From: Raillietiella orientalis
Taxonomy: Eukaryota
Reading direction: 5' to 3'
DNA: 64,000 nt
Assembly: GCA_036172245.1 (NCBI GenBank)
Contig: JAYWIR010000002.1
Coordinates: forward strand, 7,316,001 to 7,380,000
Under the pieces are notes generated by a model, which was not told the origin of the DNA, did not search any database, and was given only the letters and a program-made list of their open reading frames with translations. Below are positions 49,901-62,137 of the stretch, piece by piece. Position 1 is the first letter of the stretch. The number at the start of each line of letters is the position of its first letter. A program made the position numbers and the translations under genes.

Positions 49901-52900
49901 GAATTTCTTTTGCATAACTCACTTAAGAATGGCGCTTGCAACATGATTCACAATTGTTTAAATAGGTTTTCAGTTTTTAGGTAATGTTTAGGTATTCACT
50001 TAGTTTAATTAATTTAGGTTAGCCAAATCTTACGTAAATTCTATGTTTTGAATTATTCAGAGAGTGCATGAATTTTCGAGCTTGATGCTGCTTTTCCTAG
50101 TTTTTGAAACATCTGTGTTTGTCACACTGTATCTTATTTTGCAAGATTGTTGCACATTTGCTGAAAATGTAATCCACAGTATTATTTTAGCCAGGAATGG
50201 AATCCAAATTAGAAGAATGCTGCGCTACTCTGAAGAACTTTGTATCAAACCCCCCGAAATTTGATTTTACCCTGGAGATGCTGCCTTATCCATCATCTAC
50301 TTTTATGACCCCGAAAGATTTCCCAATTTATCTCAGCATTTATAATTTGTAAGATTTTTGAATGCATTGTAGAGCATATTCATTCTTCCATTAGTGATAA
50401 ATTGAAAAAGGCTTCTTCAATTATTAATCAGATCATTGAGACAACACCCAAAGAATGGTTGAATTCATTCATTGAGGATACTCTTGCAACTTTAGATATC
50501 ACTGCGTATTTACCCAAAGAGATTGAGCAGGTATTTGCCCAATATTTATATTATATGCAAGTGGATGCAAATTTATGTAATGATTATGTAATCATTACAC
50601 ATACTAACTGTTAACTTGATTTTTGATCTTAGATATTAAAAGCAGCTGTTCTGGACCATTATTTAAATTTCATATTCCAGTCCATGCTAACTAACTCTGA
50701 GCTTCAGAATTATGGGGAATCTTTTGTCTTCCAACTGATTGAACATGTACGCCTCATAGTATTCCAACACAAGTGAGGAAAGCATGGCTTCTAGCACTTG
50801 TGGCTTTCTTGTAGAGCTTTGCAGAGGATAGTCAACAACTTGGAGAATCATCAGCTGCAGATGGAAGCTAATCTGAAGGTATTGCATCCAGTGTTATCAC
50901 GCATTAGACCATGGATGCAAGCCAAGTTGAAAGAATCAGAGAAGTCATTTCTAAATGCTCATGCCTGGAAAATCTATGGAGATACCCTTACTTGGTGTCA
51001 GGAGCATTGCCTTTGGCAAAGTCACTACTTTTTGCAACGTGATTTCACATTTTGTCGTGATAGACAACCAGCCCTCATCAAAGAGCTAGGGAAACTTCGA
51101 GTTCCAAGGCGTACTTTTTTGTGGAGAGCACCCATTTGGTTCCCAAAACATTGGCGAATTTTTCATAATACTGATGGGAAAAAACAGTTGATACCAACTG
51201 TATTTTCATCTAAGTCATGTGATGACAAGCTCCTTTCAGATTCCTCTCATTCTGTTTTTTTATTGGAGAAGCATGTTTCTCGTCTGTCTTCAACTAGTCT
51301 CTTGGGTTGGAGATGGCATAACAATGTATGTCGAATATGGAGCTGGATCAGCCAACTCATGTTTATCCTAGGAGTAAGTAGACAATAATAGGAAAAATTA
51401 GTATTAAATGTCTACTAGATCCTCATTCCTTTCCATAGTTCTCTGAGTTTTCGGGCACTTCTGGGAACAAAACCTTTTACGCCACAGTATAATATTTCCC
51501 AAGTAGATGGAATGTTGCATGTGAACTCCAGATGTGTGAGACACACTCTATTTTCTCGTGTGATGATATTGTGGCGTCACATTTCCAAATCCCGCTCACT
51601 TTTTGAAGCTCAGGTTGCATCAGGTAGAGTAGGAGAAGAGCTCCAAAATTTGTGTTCATATCAATTTTTATTAAATTGGATGTAGGTTTATTTGGCAAAG
51701 GATTATCACGCATACTGAATCAGACATGGAACTACGGAGTCAAAGGAGTGGGAGGAACCTGTGTATGCTTATTATTTTTGCCATTTGTTTGTTTGGGCAT
51801 CAGTATTGCCAGTCTTTTTTTGTGTTTATTGGTTCCAATTTGGTAAAGCTGTGTATACGTAGATGACAATCCTTACTTCTCTCAGGGTAGTACCTGTGGT
51901 GATATTATATCACTTTACTGCATTCATTTTCTATGATATGGATTCTCCTACTGATCAGCATTGGTTCAAAGCCCCATTATGTGTGTTGTGTCATCTGCTA
52001 ATAGGAGGGCTGGGACAAGGTCTTCTAGCTCTGCTGACAGCACTTGTTGTCTGTCCTTTGACTGCCCTGATTCTTGCATTCATAGCAGGCACGAGATGCA
52101 TTGGATGTATTTTGTGGGATGAGCTTGCTTTCTATCTAATACGATGGAAGGGTCATATTCCTGTGGCAGAAGGCTGTTTTGCCCAGAGTGCACCAGAGCT
52201 TTCTAAAATGAAGGAGCCATTATGGCGAATTAAAGCTGAACAAGCTGTGGCAAGTTTGGAAGGTTTGTTGGAGATCAAGGAACTTGAAGCTTTCAAACAA
52301 AAGTCTGAGCAACTCATTAACAGTCCAAAGGAGTTATTCAGGTGAATTGTGTCCTATTTATTCTCTCACCAATATCATTTGTAGAGAATTTGTGCAAGTC
52401 TGCTTTGGTCCTTTCTCTGGCACTCTTGAACTAACTGGTGTATATCAGGCAGTTTGCCTATCATGTGAGCATCTGTTAGCATCCCTTCAACAGAATATAG
52501 AACAGCGAGAGCAGGTTTTGCACTTAGGTCTCAGTGCATCTCAGAAGAAGCGCATACGTATGGATATAACAGATTTAAAGGTTACTGAATATTGGGTGCA
52601 TTTTTGAATCAGCCTAATTTTGTTCTGATTAGATTACCATTGGCTATGGCACCTCTCTTGCACACAAAGTGTACACCGAACGCATTTTTGAATACATACC
52701 AGCTGTTCGATTTTGGGAAAGCAACCACCTTGTACCTAGTGACTGGCATAGTGTTGCGACTATGTTGTTAACTGAATTGTTTTCTCCAGAAATATTGATT
52801 CCTCTTACAGAAGATGATCTCTGGCTCCCTCTTGAGGTAAATGAATATGCCTGTGTATGCCATTTTTAGGAATTTGTGCAGATGAATGCACTGGATTTAG

Positions 52901-53491
52901 CTATCTATAGTGAAGAATTAGCTTGCTTTCGTATGACTGCTGATTTAAATGCAATTCACGTTCCCAAATTTCCAAGGTTAGGCATAAATGTACAAATTCC
53001 TGAACTCAGTCCGAAACTTTTTAATCCATGCATGAGGCCTATTCCTTTAGAAGAATCTACACTTATTAGGTAAAGCCGATTGTCTGTGTATCATGAAAGT
53101 GTGTAGTTGTTTCCAGTTTCCTCAGCTTCTGTTCCCGAGCAAGTACACTATTCCAATTGCCATACCACATCCGTTGCTAGTTAGTGTTTTCATTTACAAC
53201 AGGGATGCAGAAGATCCTATAAATACGGAATCCGATTTTTTTATAAACCTCCTAAAGCTTGTGCATAGTCCGCCCAAAACTGATCATACTGTGAATCTCA
53301 AGTCTACTTTTACTCATGGTTCCATTGCGCAGTGTCCTCATTTTGCTTTGGCAGATCTCTCCATGCAGCAAAAAAGGAACAATGGGAAACAGTATTTCTC
53401 TCTTCCATCTGTATTATGTGATGAGAGTACCTTTACTCAGGGATTTGTGCAGTCATCTTTAAAATCTAAGAGAATTGTTACCGAGGTCTAG
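46985..53491 (+). CDS. Uncharacterised multi-pass membrane protein, ~1,175 aa, 17 coding exons
   Basis: Hand-built GT-AG model stays in frame (3,528 nt): 46985-47017, 47074-47154, 47449-47535, 47719-47939, 47995-48218, 48433-48530, 50191-50348, 50395-50530, 50633-50772, 50815-51373, 51419-51623, 51686-51842, 51886-52341, 52385-52580, 52633-52836, 52882-53069, 53107-53491. Hydrophobic segments at ~51.35-52.1 kb (e.g. GTCVCLLFLPFVCLGISIASLFLCLLVPIW; LLALLTALVVCPLTALILAFIA). The start codon and the last two acceptors are the least certain. Confidence 0.85.
49130..49162 (+). repeat. TACCTAATT x3 short tandem repeat in intron
   Basis: Directly visible. Confidence 0.85.
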
Positions 53492-55083
53492 AAAGCTCAT
53501 TGTTGAGACAAAGTAAGTAGCAGCGCGACATTTTTTAAAATTTTTCTCTGCAACTTTTTTTTTATTTTATTTTTCGAGCAATTGGTAACTCTTTCATTTT
53601 AGATATTACTCTTATTTAATTTATCACACCACTCAAATATATGAACATGTTGGCATTAGCCAGAATCTGGAGACTAATCATTCAAGCACCAGAAAGTAAT
53701 GCAGATAATGCAGTTGTTCCAAAGAAATTATCCAGCTGTAGATAAAGAAATGAAAGTAATGAATTTGCGATATGTTCAACATTCAGCGCAATTTGGATTC
53801 CCTTCCCCCCTTCCTCCTGTGAAGAAAAAGTTAGTTCCAATTTATTAGTCAGGAAATTTCTCAGAAGTGAGAATTGATTAAACAATTGAAAATATATCAA
53901 ATTATTAATTTATAAAAAAAATAAAATTCTCATGATGTCACATGTGAATGATTTTTTGCATTTTCTTTGATTGTTTCAACACAGTTTGTAGTATTTTAAT
54001 ATTTCCCTGGCAGAATACACGGTGGTTTTTATGGCTAACTTTCTGTCATCCGTAAATTAATTAGGAGTCTTTTGTAGTAATGAAGCTTTTGAAAACTCAA
54101 GTTCAGATATCAATGGATTGTTTTGTTCCCTTTGTCAAAGAGATTTTCAACAAGTTGGTATTCAAAAGTCCCGTAGTATACCATCGATTCTGTATTTTCT
54201 GGTTAATAAAATTGAAGATGGAACGAATTTCATTAATTCTAGGAAGCTTACAGGCATATATCTAAGCTAATCTGAGTGTATACAGGATTACAGAATTGTA
54301 AAGGAAAAAACTACAGTAAAAATGATTTCAGGGCCAATTTGAAAAAGAAAGGTAATGACAAGTTGCACTTTTTAAGACAATACGATTAGATAGAATACAA
54401 CTAAATTAGGTGCAACCTTATTCAATTATGATGGAAATTAATTTGTTGAAAAAAAAAAAAAAAAAGTTCCTATTCTGAGTATTCAAAAAAAAGGAAAAAA
54501 GAAAGAAGGAAACATTTATTACTTGCTCTAAAGATGATCTTTGATAAGTAGAAAAGTCTTTATGCATCGCTGTTGTGTGTATATTACTGTGATACAAAGA
54601 TACTAAAATGATTTGTCAGTAAGTGTTTTCTAAAGGTTATTGTATGCACCATGGCTGTAAATGGGTGATTTGGATGCACTATATTCATATAAATTAACCT
54701 TCTTGATGACAAAAAAATATCGGGCCCCTAATTTCTTTAACCAATACAACTTAACCAATGTATGAACTAAGATCACTTCCTTTACCCTGCATATGAGGCC
54801 TTGGATTTTTGAACAGAAACATGTAAGGTTTGGTAAAGCTCTCCTGATGTATATAATAAGCGAGGGAAATGTTTTATATTTCTGGAACTTATATTCAGCT
54901 TTGGGAAATTCATTTTCCTTGCAAGTAGGCAGCCCATATAAGCATCTGTAAGATATAAACACAACATGGGTTTTCTGAATTGACTATTTTATTGCTCCAG
55001 CTTACAATCTGAAATCTGAACAATAGTTATGTTATGAGGTGAAAGACAAAACTGGATTCGATTTGAAAACTTTGACGAAACTT

Positions 55084-56079
55084 TCAAACTTTTTGCAAAT
55101 CATTTGGGGTTTTCAGTATGACTGGAACATAACTATTACCACTGTCTTTAAGATCTGATATAAGTAAAACTTTACTATCAGTAAAATTATTACTCTTCTT
55201 CCTGCTATAACATGGCAGAAAACTCAATATCAACAACAGAAGAATAAGGCTGATGCTAGCACATATTATAAACATATTGGAGATTTGATTTTGTCTATTC
55301 AATGAATTAAACCATTTATCCATGAAGGATCCTTCTTGTGAGGCTTGAGTTAGGCTTCCAGTTGCAGAAACCAAAACAACTTAAGTATAACGTATGAAAT
55401 TGAAAAGCAAAAAGGTGTTACCTAAATCATTTCCAACATTGTTTAATTTATTGTGCATCCCATCAGAAAATACATCTGCAGAACATGAGGCATCCCAAGC
55501 CTCGTTAACAGTACTTTCAACAAACTTATCATCATAATCTTTAGAAACCTCCTTGAGCAGAAAAATAAAACTACTCAAAATTTCGATAATATCAGAAAAA
55601 CGAAAGAAATCATCCGTAGAAATCTGAAAATATTTGAGATACCTTATGTGTAAATTAATTACGTGGCAACTAACCTCGATAGAATGTAAGAATGGTAGCT
55701 TACAGCCATGTAAGCATGCTTTCATATATTTACTTTGGCCTTTAAAATACACGGCACAAGCTGAAATTTCAAGCCAATCACAATTTCAAAATGCAAAAGC
55801 AAAACTTACTTTTATTGCATTGCTCACGTGCCCGGTGGCAGTTAGAACCTGCACCATCCAGTGAAAATGTGTTACAGCCAAAATCACAGGCATCATGCTC
55901 TATTAACTAAAAGCACATTGAATAAATTAAATGAAGTAACACAGTACCTTATGCATTAAACTGTATCTCTCATTGCATTTACTGTAACATGCGAGAGGAA
56001 ACTCTGGCCTTTTAATACATCCCAGCGCAAATTTGAAACTAAATAAGACGGAGATTGACATCATTAAGACCGTCATCAT
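55084..56079 (-). CDS. TMEM59: TMEM59/BSMAP-family-like type I membrane protein, 270 aa, 5 exons
   Basis: Exons 56079-55948, 55906-55810, 55760-55675, 55623-55422, 55379-55084 (813 nt, GT-AG, in frame). Signal peptide MMTVLMMSISVLFSFKFALG. Cys pattern CYSKC..ACDFGCNTFS..QCNKTCAVY..ACLHGC parallels TMEM59 ACxRGCRLFS..CESACTEAY..ACHLGC. Single C-terminal TM FIICASISLILLLLILSFL. Confidence 0.8.
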
Positions 56080-56280
56080 GCAGGAATTATGCATAAAGCT
56101 GGTTTGAACTATAACGCTATTTCAACAAATGGATATTTCAAGGAGCACTTTAATCATAAACAAATAAATACTCTCCCATTCATCTTCGGGTGAAGATCCC
56201 ACAAAAAACTATTTTACACTAGACTCAATGAATTCTTAACTACTACAGCACCTACTTCTTGATAATAACTGTCCTGTTAC

Positions 56281-56420
56281 CTTTACATTTTATATCGGAA
56301 TACTTTAAACGGCTTTCGTGTTGAAAATCTACTAGGCACGAGTACACCTGTGCACTGGCAATGCCCCGACTACGCGTACACGGCGACTACGCAGGGCCTT
56401 GCGTACCGCGCAGGGTGAGT
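56281..56420. promoter_or_regulatory. Candidate bidirectional promoter with short flanking first exons
   Basis: Minus-strand donor AAG|GTAACA at 56280 upstream of the TMEM59-like ATG; plus-strand donor CAGG|GTGAGT at 56415; CpG-rich patch between with CGACTACGC twice (56367-56375, 56384-56392). Confidence 0.4.
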
Positions 56421-58776
56421 TGGTAAACACTGCAAAGGTCGCTGCAAGACGAGCCAGAATGTGGAGTGAAAGGTCGGTAATTATCAACGAGTGAGGGACA
56501 GGTTAATTAACATCCACGGGATGGCCAAAATCAAGTTGGAAAAAAAATCGCAGGTTCGACTTTTAATAGCAATCGAGTGGAGTGTATCGGTGTTGTGCAG
56601 CCTGTTCCGCCTGGTCACAACGCCGGGGCCCATTGGATTTCCACAGGAGACACTAGAAGTAGGGAAGAGCTGCACACCCCAGGACAGCGTCTGGTAGGAA
56701 GGGAGGGGGAGACGACAAGGAAAGAAAGATGGTGTCTGGCAGAGGGAGGAGGACCGGAGTTCGGCACTCGGCGACCTCGCGTTGTACAGTCCAGACAACG
56801 TCCACTCTCGTCATAGGGCTGAAAAGGGAGCTTTGCTCCAGAGATCAAAATATCGACAACTTTGCTTTGCATACATCACGGGAAAAAACCCATGGGGTGA
56901 ATCAGAAGATCTCAATATGAGCGCGTACTTATCGATAATTAGAAACCTGGGATCCCGACAAGCACTGTGAGAATTACTGTGAAGGAGTTCTAACCACAGG
57001 AAATTCTAAAACCTTTTTGTGAACGCGGCTGAGTGCAAAAGTGCAATTTTATTGAGTGCAAAAACAAACTAACAAGCAAACTGCCACGAGTTCCCACATT
57101 TGCACGCATAACAGACTATAGGAACATATCATTCCTGAATACATCATTGTACCCGTCCTCATGCCTCCCTTGACTGACAAAGTGCATTTTTGAAAACTAC
57201 CATTCAGCCGGTACAATTTATTTAGCTGCAACGACTTGCGAACAATTCCAGTGTTCCCCATTTGGTGGTGACCACTCTGCGAACCATTCTTCACCACAGC
57301 GGCCTTTCTCATTGGATTGCCTAACCCATCCTTTCCCATGCGATAACTGTTCTTTTTCCTTTTCATTTCTATTTGGTATCAGGAGCACGTAGGACTGATG
57401 ACCTGTCAGTAACTTCGATAGGGGCAACAACATTAAGTTTCGAAAAGCGAAGGGGTCGAAAGAACAGATGGATCATGGTGGATTCACAAAGAAAGATCTG
57501 CACTGAAACACTCGAGCTGCACGGTGATCCGAAATAAGAAAACCGCCAGTGCTGTACAGAAACATTCACTAGGGAGGAAGAGAATGTGGAAGTTTCTTCT
57601 TTCCAGGAAATCATACCAAGTAAATAAATGATAAAAATCGTAAAAGTAATTCTGTAAGCAAAACAGTCGCGTTGGAAAAAGTGAGAACGGCGTATAAATT
57701 ATTCAGACGATAAACATTGCTGAGAAGTTACGACTTTCCGGAACAGTTTGCAGAAGGTGTACATGAAGCTGCACCATTTACTCCCAGATGTACGTACTGA
57801 TTGAGTAGCTCGAAGTCATCATATCTGATTTTAGGCTGCATGATAAAAGGATAGAAATTGATTGATATTTTCATTGGGAATGAACTGGATGATTTGTTCG
57901 GATGTCTTTCCAGAAGGGGCAGCAACAAGCAGCTCGAAAGGACAAAATCGCCACTCGTCTGGAGGCGGCAGAGAGATAAAGCACAGAACTGCATCTGGAC
58001 GAAAATCGAAGAAACTATCTGAGATTGATTTGAAAAAACAAAAAAAAAATGAAAACTCATCAGCCAATCATCGTGGGAAGTGAATCGCAAATATCTTTCT
58101 GCACATTTCAAACTCAATCTACAGAATGAATAATAAACAGAAATTGAGCCACCATCGATTCAACTGCATCCTGAAATCACCTTTTTTCGGCGTTTTCCTG
58201 TTTCGAAAAAATGCTTCCGTCCATCCTTCCTTAATCCCTTGGTTCCTTAATTGGCCTAAGAACTTTCCATTCCTGCAGGAAATATTTCGGAATTGGAGCA
58301 GTTTTCAGTCACCAATAGCCATAGGAAACCTTCCTTTTCCCCAAAGCCGCATGTCTAAGAAATGGTCTGCCAGTCACGATGCCTTTTTCTTAAAGTTTCC
58401 GGCCTCACTATTAGCTTAGCTATATTACTCGAGTTGACAGTGATAAAAATGGTCATAGAGAGAAAAAACAAAAACAAAAACAACTGAATGAAAGGGAAAA
58501 ATAAGCTTCCATGTCCTTGTACAATTATCGCATCCTCAGAAAATGAAAGAGAATATTCACAGAGAGCGAGCAAATTGATTCTAATTCTGAATAAAACCTT
58601 AGTAACGACATTTTCAAAGTTATTATATGTTGTTTACCGATTTTCTCAAGTGGATAGAATACATCATTCAGATCCGGGATAAAAAGGTCACCCTTTCTAC
58701 GGATGTAAAAATACTAAACGAAGCTCAGTAAAAGTTAATCCCAGGATGATATAAAATAGTAATTTTTGGCAGTTGG

Positions 58777-61156
58777 TTGTTTCTCATCGTGGCTGATTGG
58801 AATTGTGCATCCGCACTTGCTCTTCGGCAAGCTCGTTGGTACCAGGGCGGGACTGTGCATCAGCGGGCGAGGGTTGCGAGGATTCTCTCCTGCGGATCAG
58901 GAAACGGGCATTTTCGAGTGTTGCAACAGGTGACAACAACTTTTGACAGCAACTGCCGTCGGCAGTATGCGGCCGCTCCAAACAGAGCACGCATTCTCAA
59001 GGCGCGCTGCCTTTTCGAAAGGACATTCTTCCACAGAAGCGCAGGTGTTTTAAAGTTTCGCAGCGGTTGCTCCTAGTGGGAGCCTCAGATTGCGAGAATC
59101 GAAGCTGAGAACCGAAGAAGACGTCTCCGGTTGCATCCGGAATGGAGTCTTCATCATTCTGGTTCCCTGTCAACCGCATCAAAGACGCCACCCCCTGTTC
59201 TCATTCGTCTCCACGTTTCGGCGTTCCTTCCCATGTTGCATGCTGGATGCCGGATTCGTCAGTTGCACCGCGGGCAAGAGTGCTCAGTCTGCGTTGGGAA
59301 GCTGGTCATCATCCTACAGTTTCAGTTTTGCTCGAAAGGCAAGCTGCTGCAAGAGAACGAGTCGGTTACCTGCACAGAGCCCTGAAGCTGGGCATCCAGC
59401 TCTGTTAAGCGGCCATCATGTCCACGAGAAATGCCGCATCAGAGAGCCCATCATAAAGTTCTTCTCCGTTTCAGAGAGCACGGTCCCTTTCCTACCCGTC
59501 AATCAGTGAATCTCTCGTTTGCGTTCCCGGGAACGCCTCAGCATTTCCTCCTCAATGAGGCACCAAACACGGTAGATACTCTGCCTCGATTCGGATAAAA
59601 GTTGACAGCGTTGAGGTCCCCGCGGCTTCTCTGTTCCCGTAACTCCATGCTACGCTGCTTCCCGAACTGCTGACGGCAAGTGGCCTGCCTTGGGAATTTT
59701 CGCGGTACCATGGAAACGCACTCGATGCGCAAACTCACTTTGTTGATCTGGGAGAAGGGAGGCGTGCCCCATGCAGTCAGCTAGGGTACGTTTCCTCCCC
59801 AAAGGAGCTTGGGCGACTGGCTTCCTTCCGATTAATTCATACACGAGGACATCAGCCTGCTCTGTGAACTGCGAACCGCGTGCCTGAGGCAGATGACGCA
59901 CCCTTTGGTCAGCGCGGATCAGACCTACGCTGTTCCGGAAGGGAGCATGGGGCCTAAACCAGGTGTTTTCGCAGGACTGGCTGCTCTGTTGCAGCACGGG
60001 GTTGTGAGGGAAACCTGCAGGGATAAAAAACTGCAGGAAGAGCTTCGAGATCGAAGGCCACACACAAGCAGGCGGAGAAACCAAGTGCTCTTGCGATCGA
60101 GGTCGATTTACATAAAACATTCGAATGCGTGACCAGAAACTCTTTCCGAAGCACCCGGAAGTGCTCGTTGCTGTACTTGAGCTCACCTTGTACCAATGCA
60201 ATAATGAATATTTGTTTTAGCGTTCGCTGCACTCAAGACGCTCCCGTATACAGAAGAATACGGTAATAGTCAGTCTATGCTCAGCCTGTGAACCATGCTC
60301 TTCCGCGTCTTCTGTGAGTTAGTGCTGAAGGCTTACAGACTGACTCTGAACATTCCGCCGAGCTCTTGCACCTTCAAGACTGCCGTGACGGCTTACGCCC
60401 ACGATGTCCTTGAACTGTTGCCCATGTTTACGCTGGAGGAGTGTCTTAAGGAGTTCCACAAGTTGGGACGAGGGCATTTCCACCGACGAGGACAATCCGA
60501 TGGTCGTTTTCGTGGGAGTCGGATTGCCTGATATCCGAAGATTCCCTTGGGAATTACGTTTTAGTACCCGGACGTGCCGTGGGCTATTTCTTAGCGGTAG
60601 AAGTGTGACCCTGCTGCCTTCGCAAGGTATAGAGCACCGGATCAGTTCGTGGGCGGCGGCAATTCATCTTGCCTAGCATGTGGCAGCGTGAAATACCTCT
60701 GTTTCCCTCTTTTTCCATCTCCACTTTTTGTTCGTCTTCTACCTTCTAGTCCAAGAAGAAGGACCGAGGACCTTCTACAGAAAAATCCTTTTGGGTCTCA
60801 GGGAGTTCGTGGTTTGATAAATAAACATTGTGGCCCTATACTCCAAGTCTGGACTCAGAACTGTCACGTTGGGAAGGGTTGAAACTCTAGCCGCGGTTCC
60901 AAAGACTTGCTCTAGTGACGCATCGACGGAGGGGACATTCGTGTCTTCCAGCAAGCTACATTCCGAGATGCAAGAATCGGCTGCGAGTCTGTGCTTGGAG
61001 TCTCTGCTTGCTCTCGACTTCCTCCAGATTAAAATCTTGGGCTTCCTGATACGTCAGGTGAGCCTTTTGCTGGAGGAGCACCATTGGATATCCTGCCTTC
61101 TTGGGAATTACAAGGCATGGCTTCAAAAAGTCGTGGCCATCTGGACTCGTCTTTAA
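58777..61156 (+). mobile_element. Degraded L1/Tx1-clade non-LTR retrotransposon ORF2 (APE endonuclease + RT)
   Basis: In order: LIVADWNC (cf. APE IxGGDFNC); LVSADQTYAVPEGSM at ~59905-59950 (cf. Tx1 LIHPDQTxxVPGRSI); VTAYAHDV with YAHD at 60394-60405 (mutated YADD); VTLGR (cf. LSLxGR). Many frameshifts and stops. Confidence 0.75.
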
Positions 61157-61764
61157 AACATCATTATGGGAGAGTTTTCGACCCATAAATCATGTAATTT
61201 TTTTATTTATTCATTATTCCCTCCTCTTTGTGCAACCAGCCAGCTGCCCGCTCCGAGCGGAGATGTGCGTGGAGGTGTACCTGCCTATTCCTGCTTCGGA
61301 AAGGAGATCGCCTCCTTCCTTTTTGTATGTTTATTGATTTTGTCTCCGACGAACGTCCCGGAGCAACGGAGTTTGCTAGTTATTGACAGAGCCCCATCTG
61401 TAGCCACACGCCCGAGATCTCCACGTGGCAAGTTCAATTTCCGCAACATCGCTCCACCACTCTCCTTCGGTGATCCTTCTGCACTGGTAGCACCTTGAAG
61501 CGGGATGCCTTGGAGGAGAGCCTGGAAAATCCTGAATTTCCCGCGCGACCTCTGACACGAATGGATCGCCGAGCTGAGTTCACGGGACATCAGCAGTTTT
61601 GTCGAGCGCCAAAGAGGAGAAACCGAGCCTCTCGCACGCAGAGTGGATCAATTCAGGCCCCATTTTGCCAAGGCTTTCCGGATGTGGCTCCGCGGTACGA
61701 ACTCGCGTTTTCTCCAGAACTTGGCCTGGTCCAGGCACAAGGTCTGGACCCGGTCGAGTTGGTC

Positions 61765-62040
61765 CGCATTAGCGACCGTGTGGCTACGGTGTCCTCGTGT
61801 GGCACCGAGCGTTGCCGGTTCGAATCCACGGATCGACGCCCAGGATGGGGTGTGTGTCGTGGGTTTCGAGTCCTTCCAGCAGGATGACCCCACTGGTTGA
61901 TCTGTAGGCTTCGGGTGCGGCAGAAGTAGAAGCCGGATGTCCTTGTTGACTGGCCTCCGGGATTGGAAGGTGATCCCCCGTGTCCTTCCATGAACCGAGG
62001 AGCTGCAGTTCCCTTTGGGGATCTCCTCCGGTTGTGAATG
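61765..62040 (+). mobile_element. tRNA-derived SINE-like element, copy C
   Basis: Head 61765-61827 aligns without gaps to 12708-12770 (51/63 identical by my count); A-box-like TAGCGACCGTGTGG and B box GGTTCGAATCC (61817-61827); body GCAGGATGAC..TTCGGGTGCGGCA..GAAGCCGGATG..TTGACTGGCCTCCGGGATTGGAAGGTGA..CTCCGGTTGTGAA. Confidence 0.8.
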
Positions 62041-62137
62041 TACCCGTGGGGTATCTTGGTATGCCTCTCGGGAAGTAGCCTCTCCAGAGTGTCAGAAGCT
62101 CTCTGCTCCCTTCTGGGAGCGCCCCTCAAAAAAATTT

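Noticed and set aside
61765..61840. Functional tRNA gene (also 12708-12780)
   Set aside because: A and B boxes are present, but there is no acceptor-stem pairing and each continues into a shared repeat body; better explained as SINE heads.
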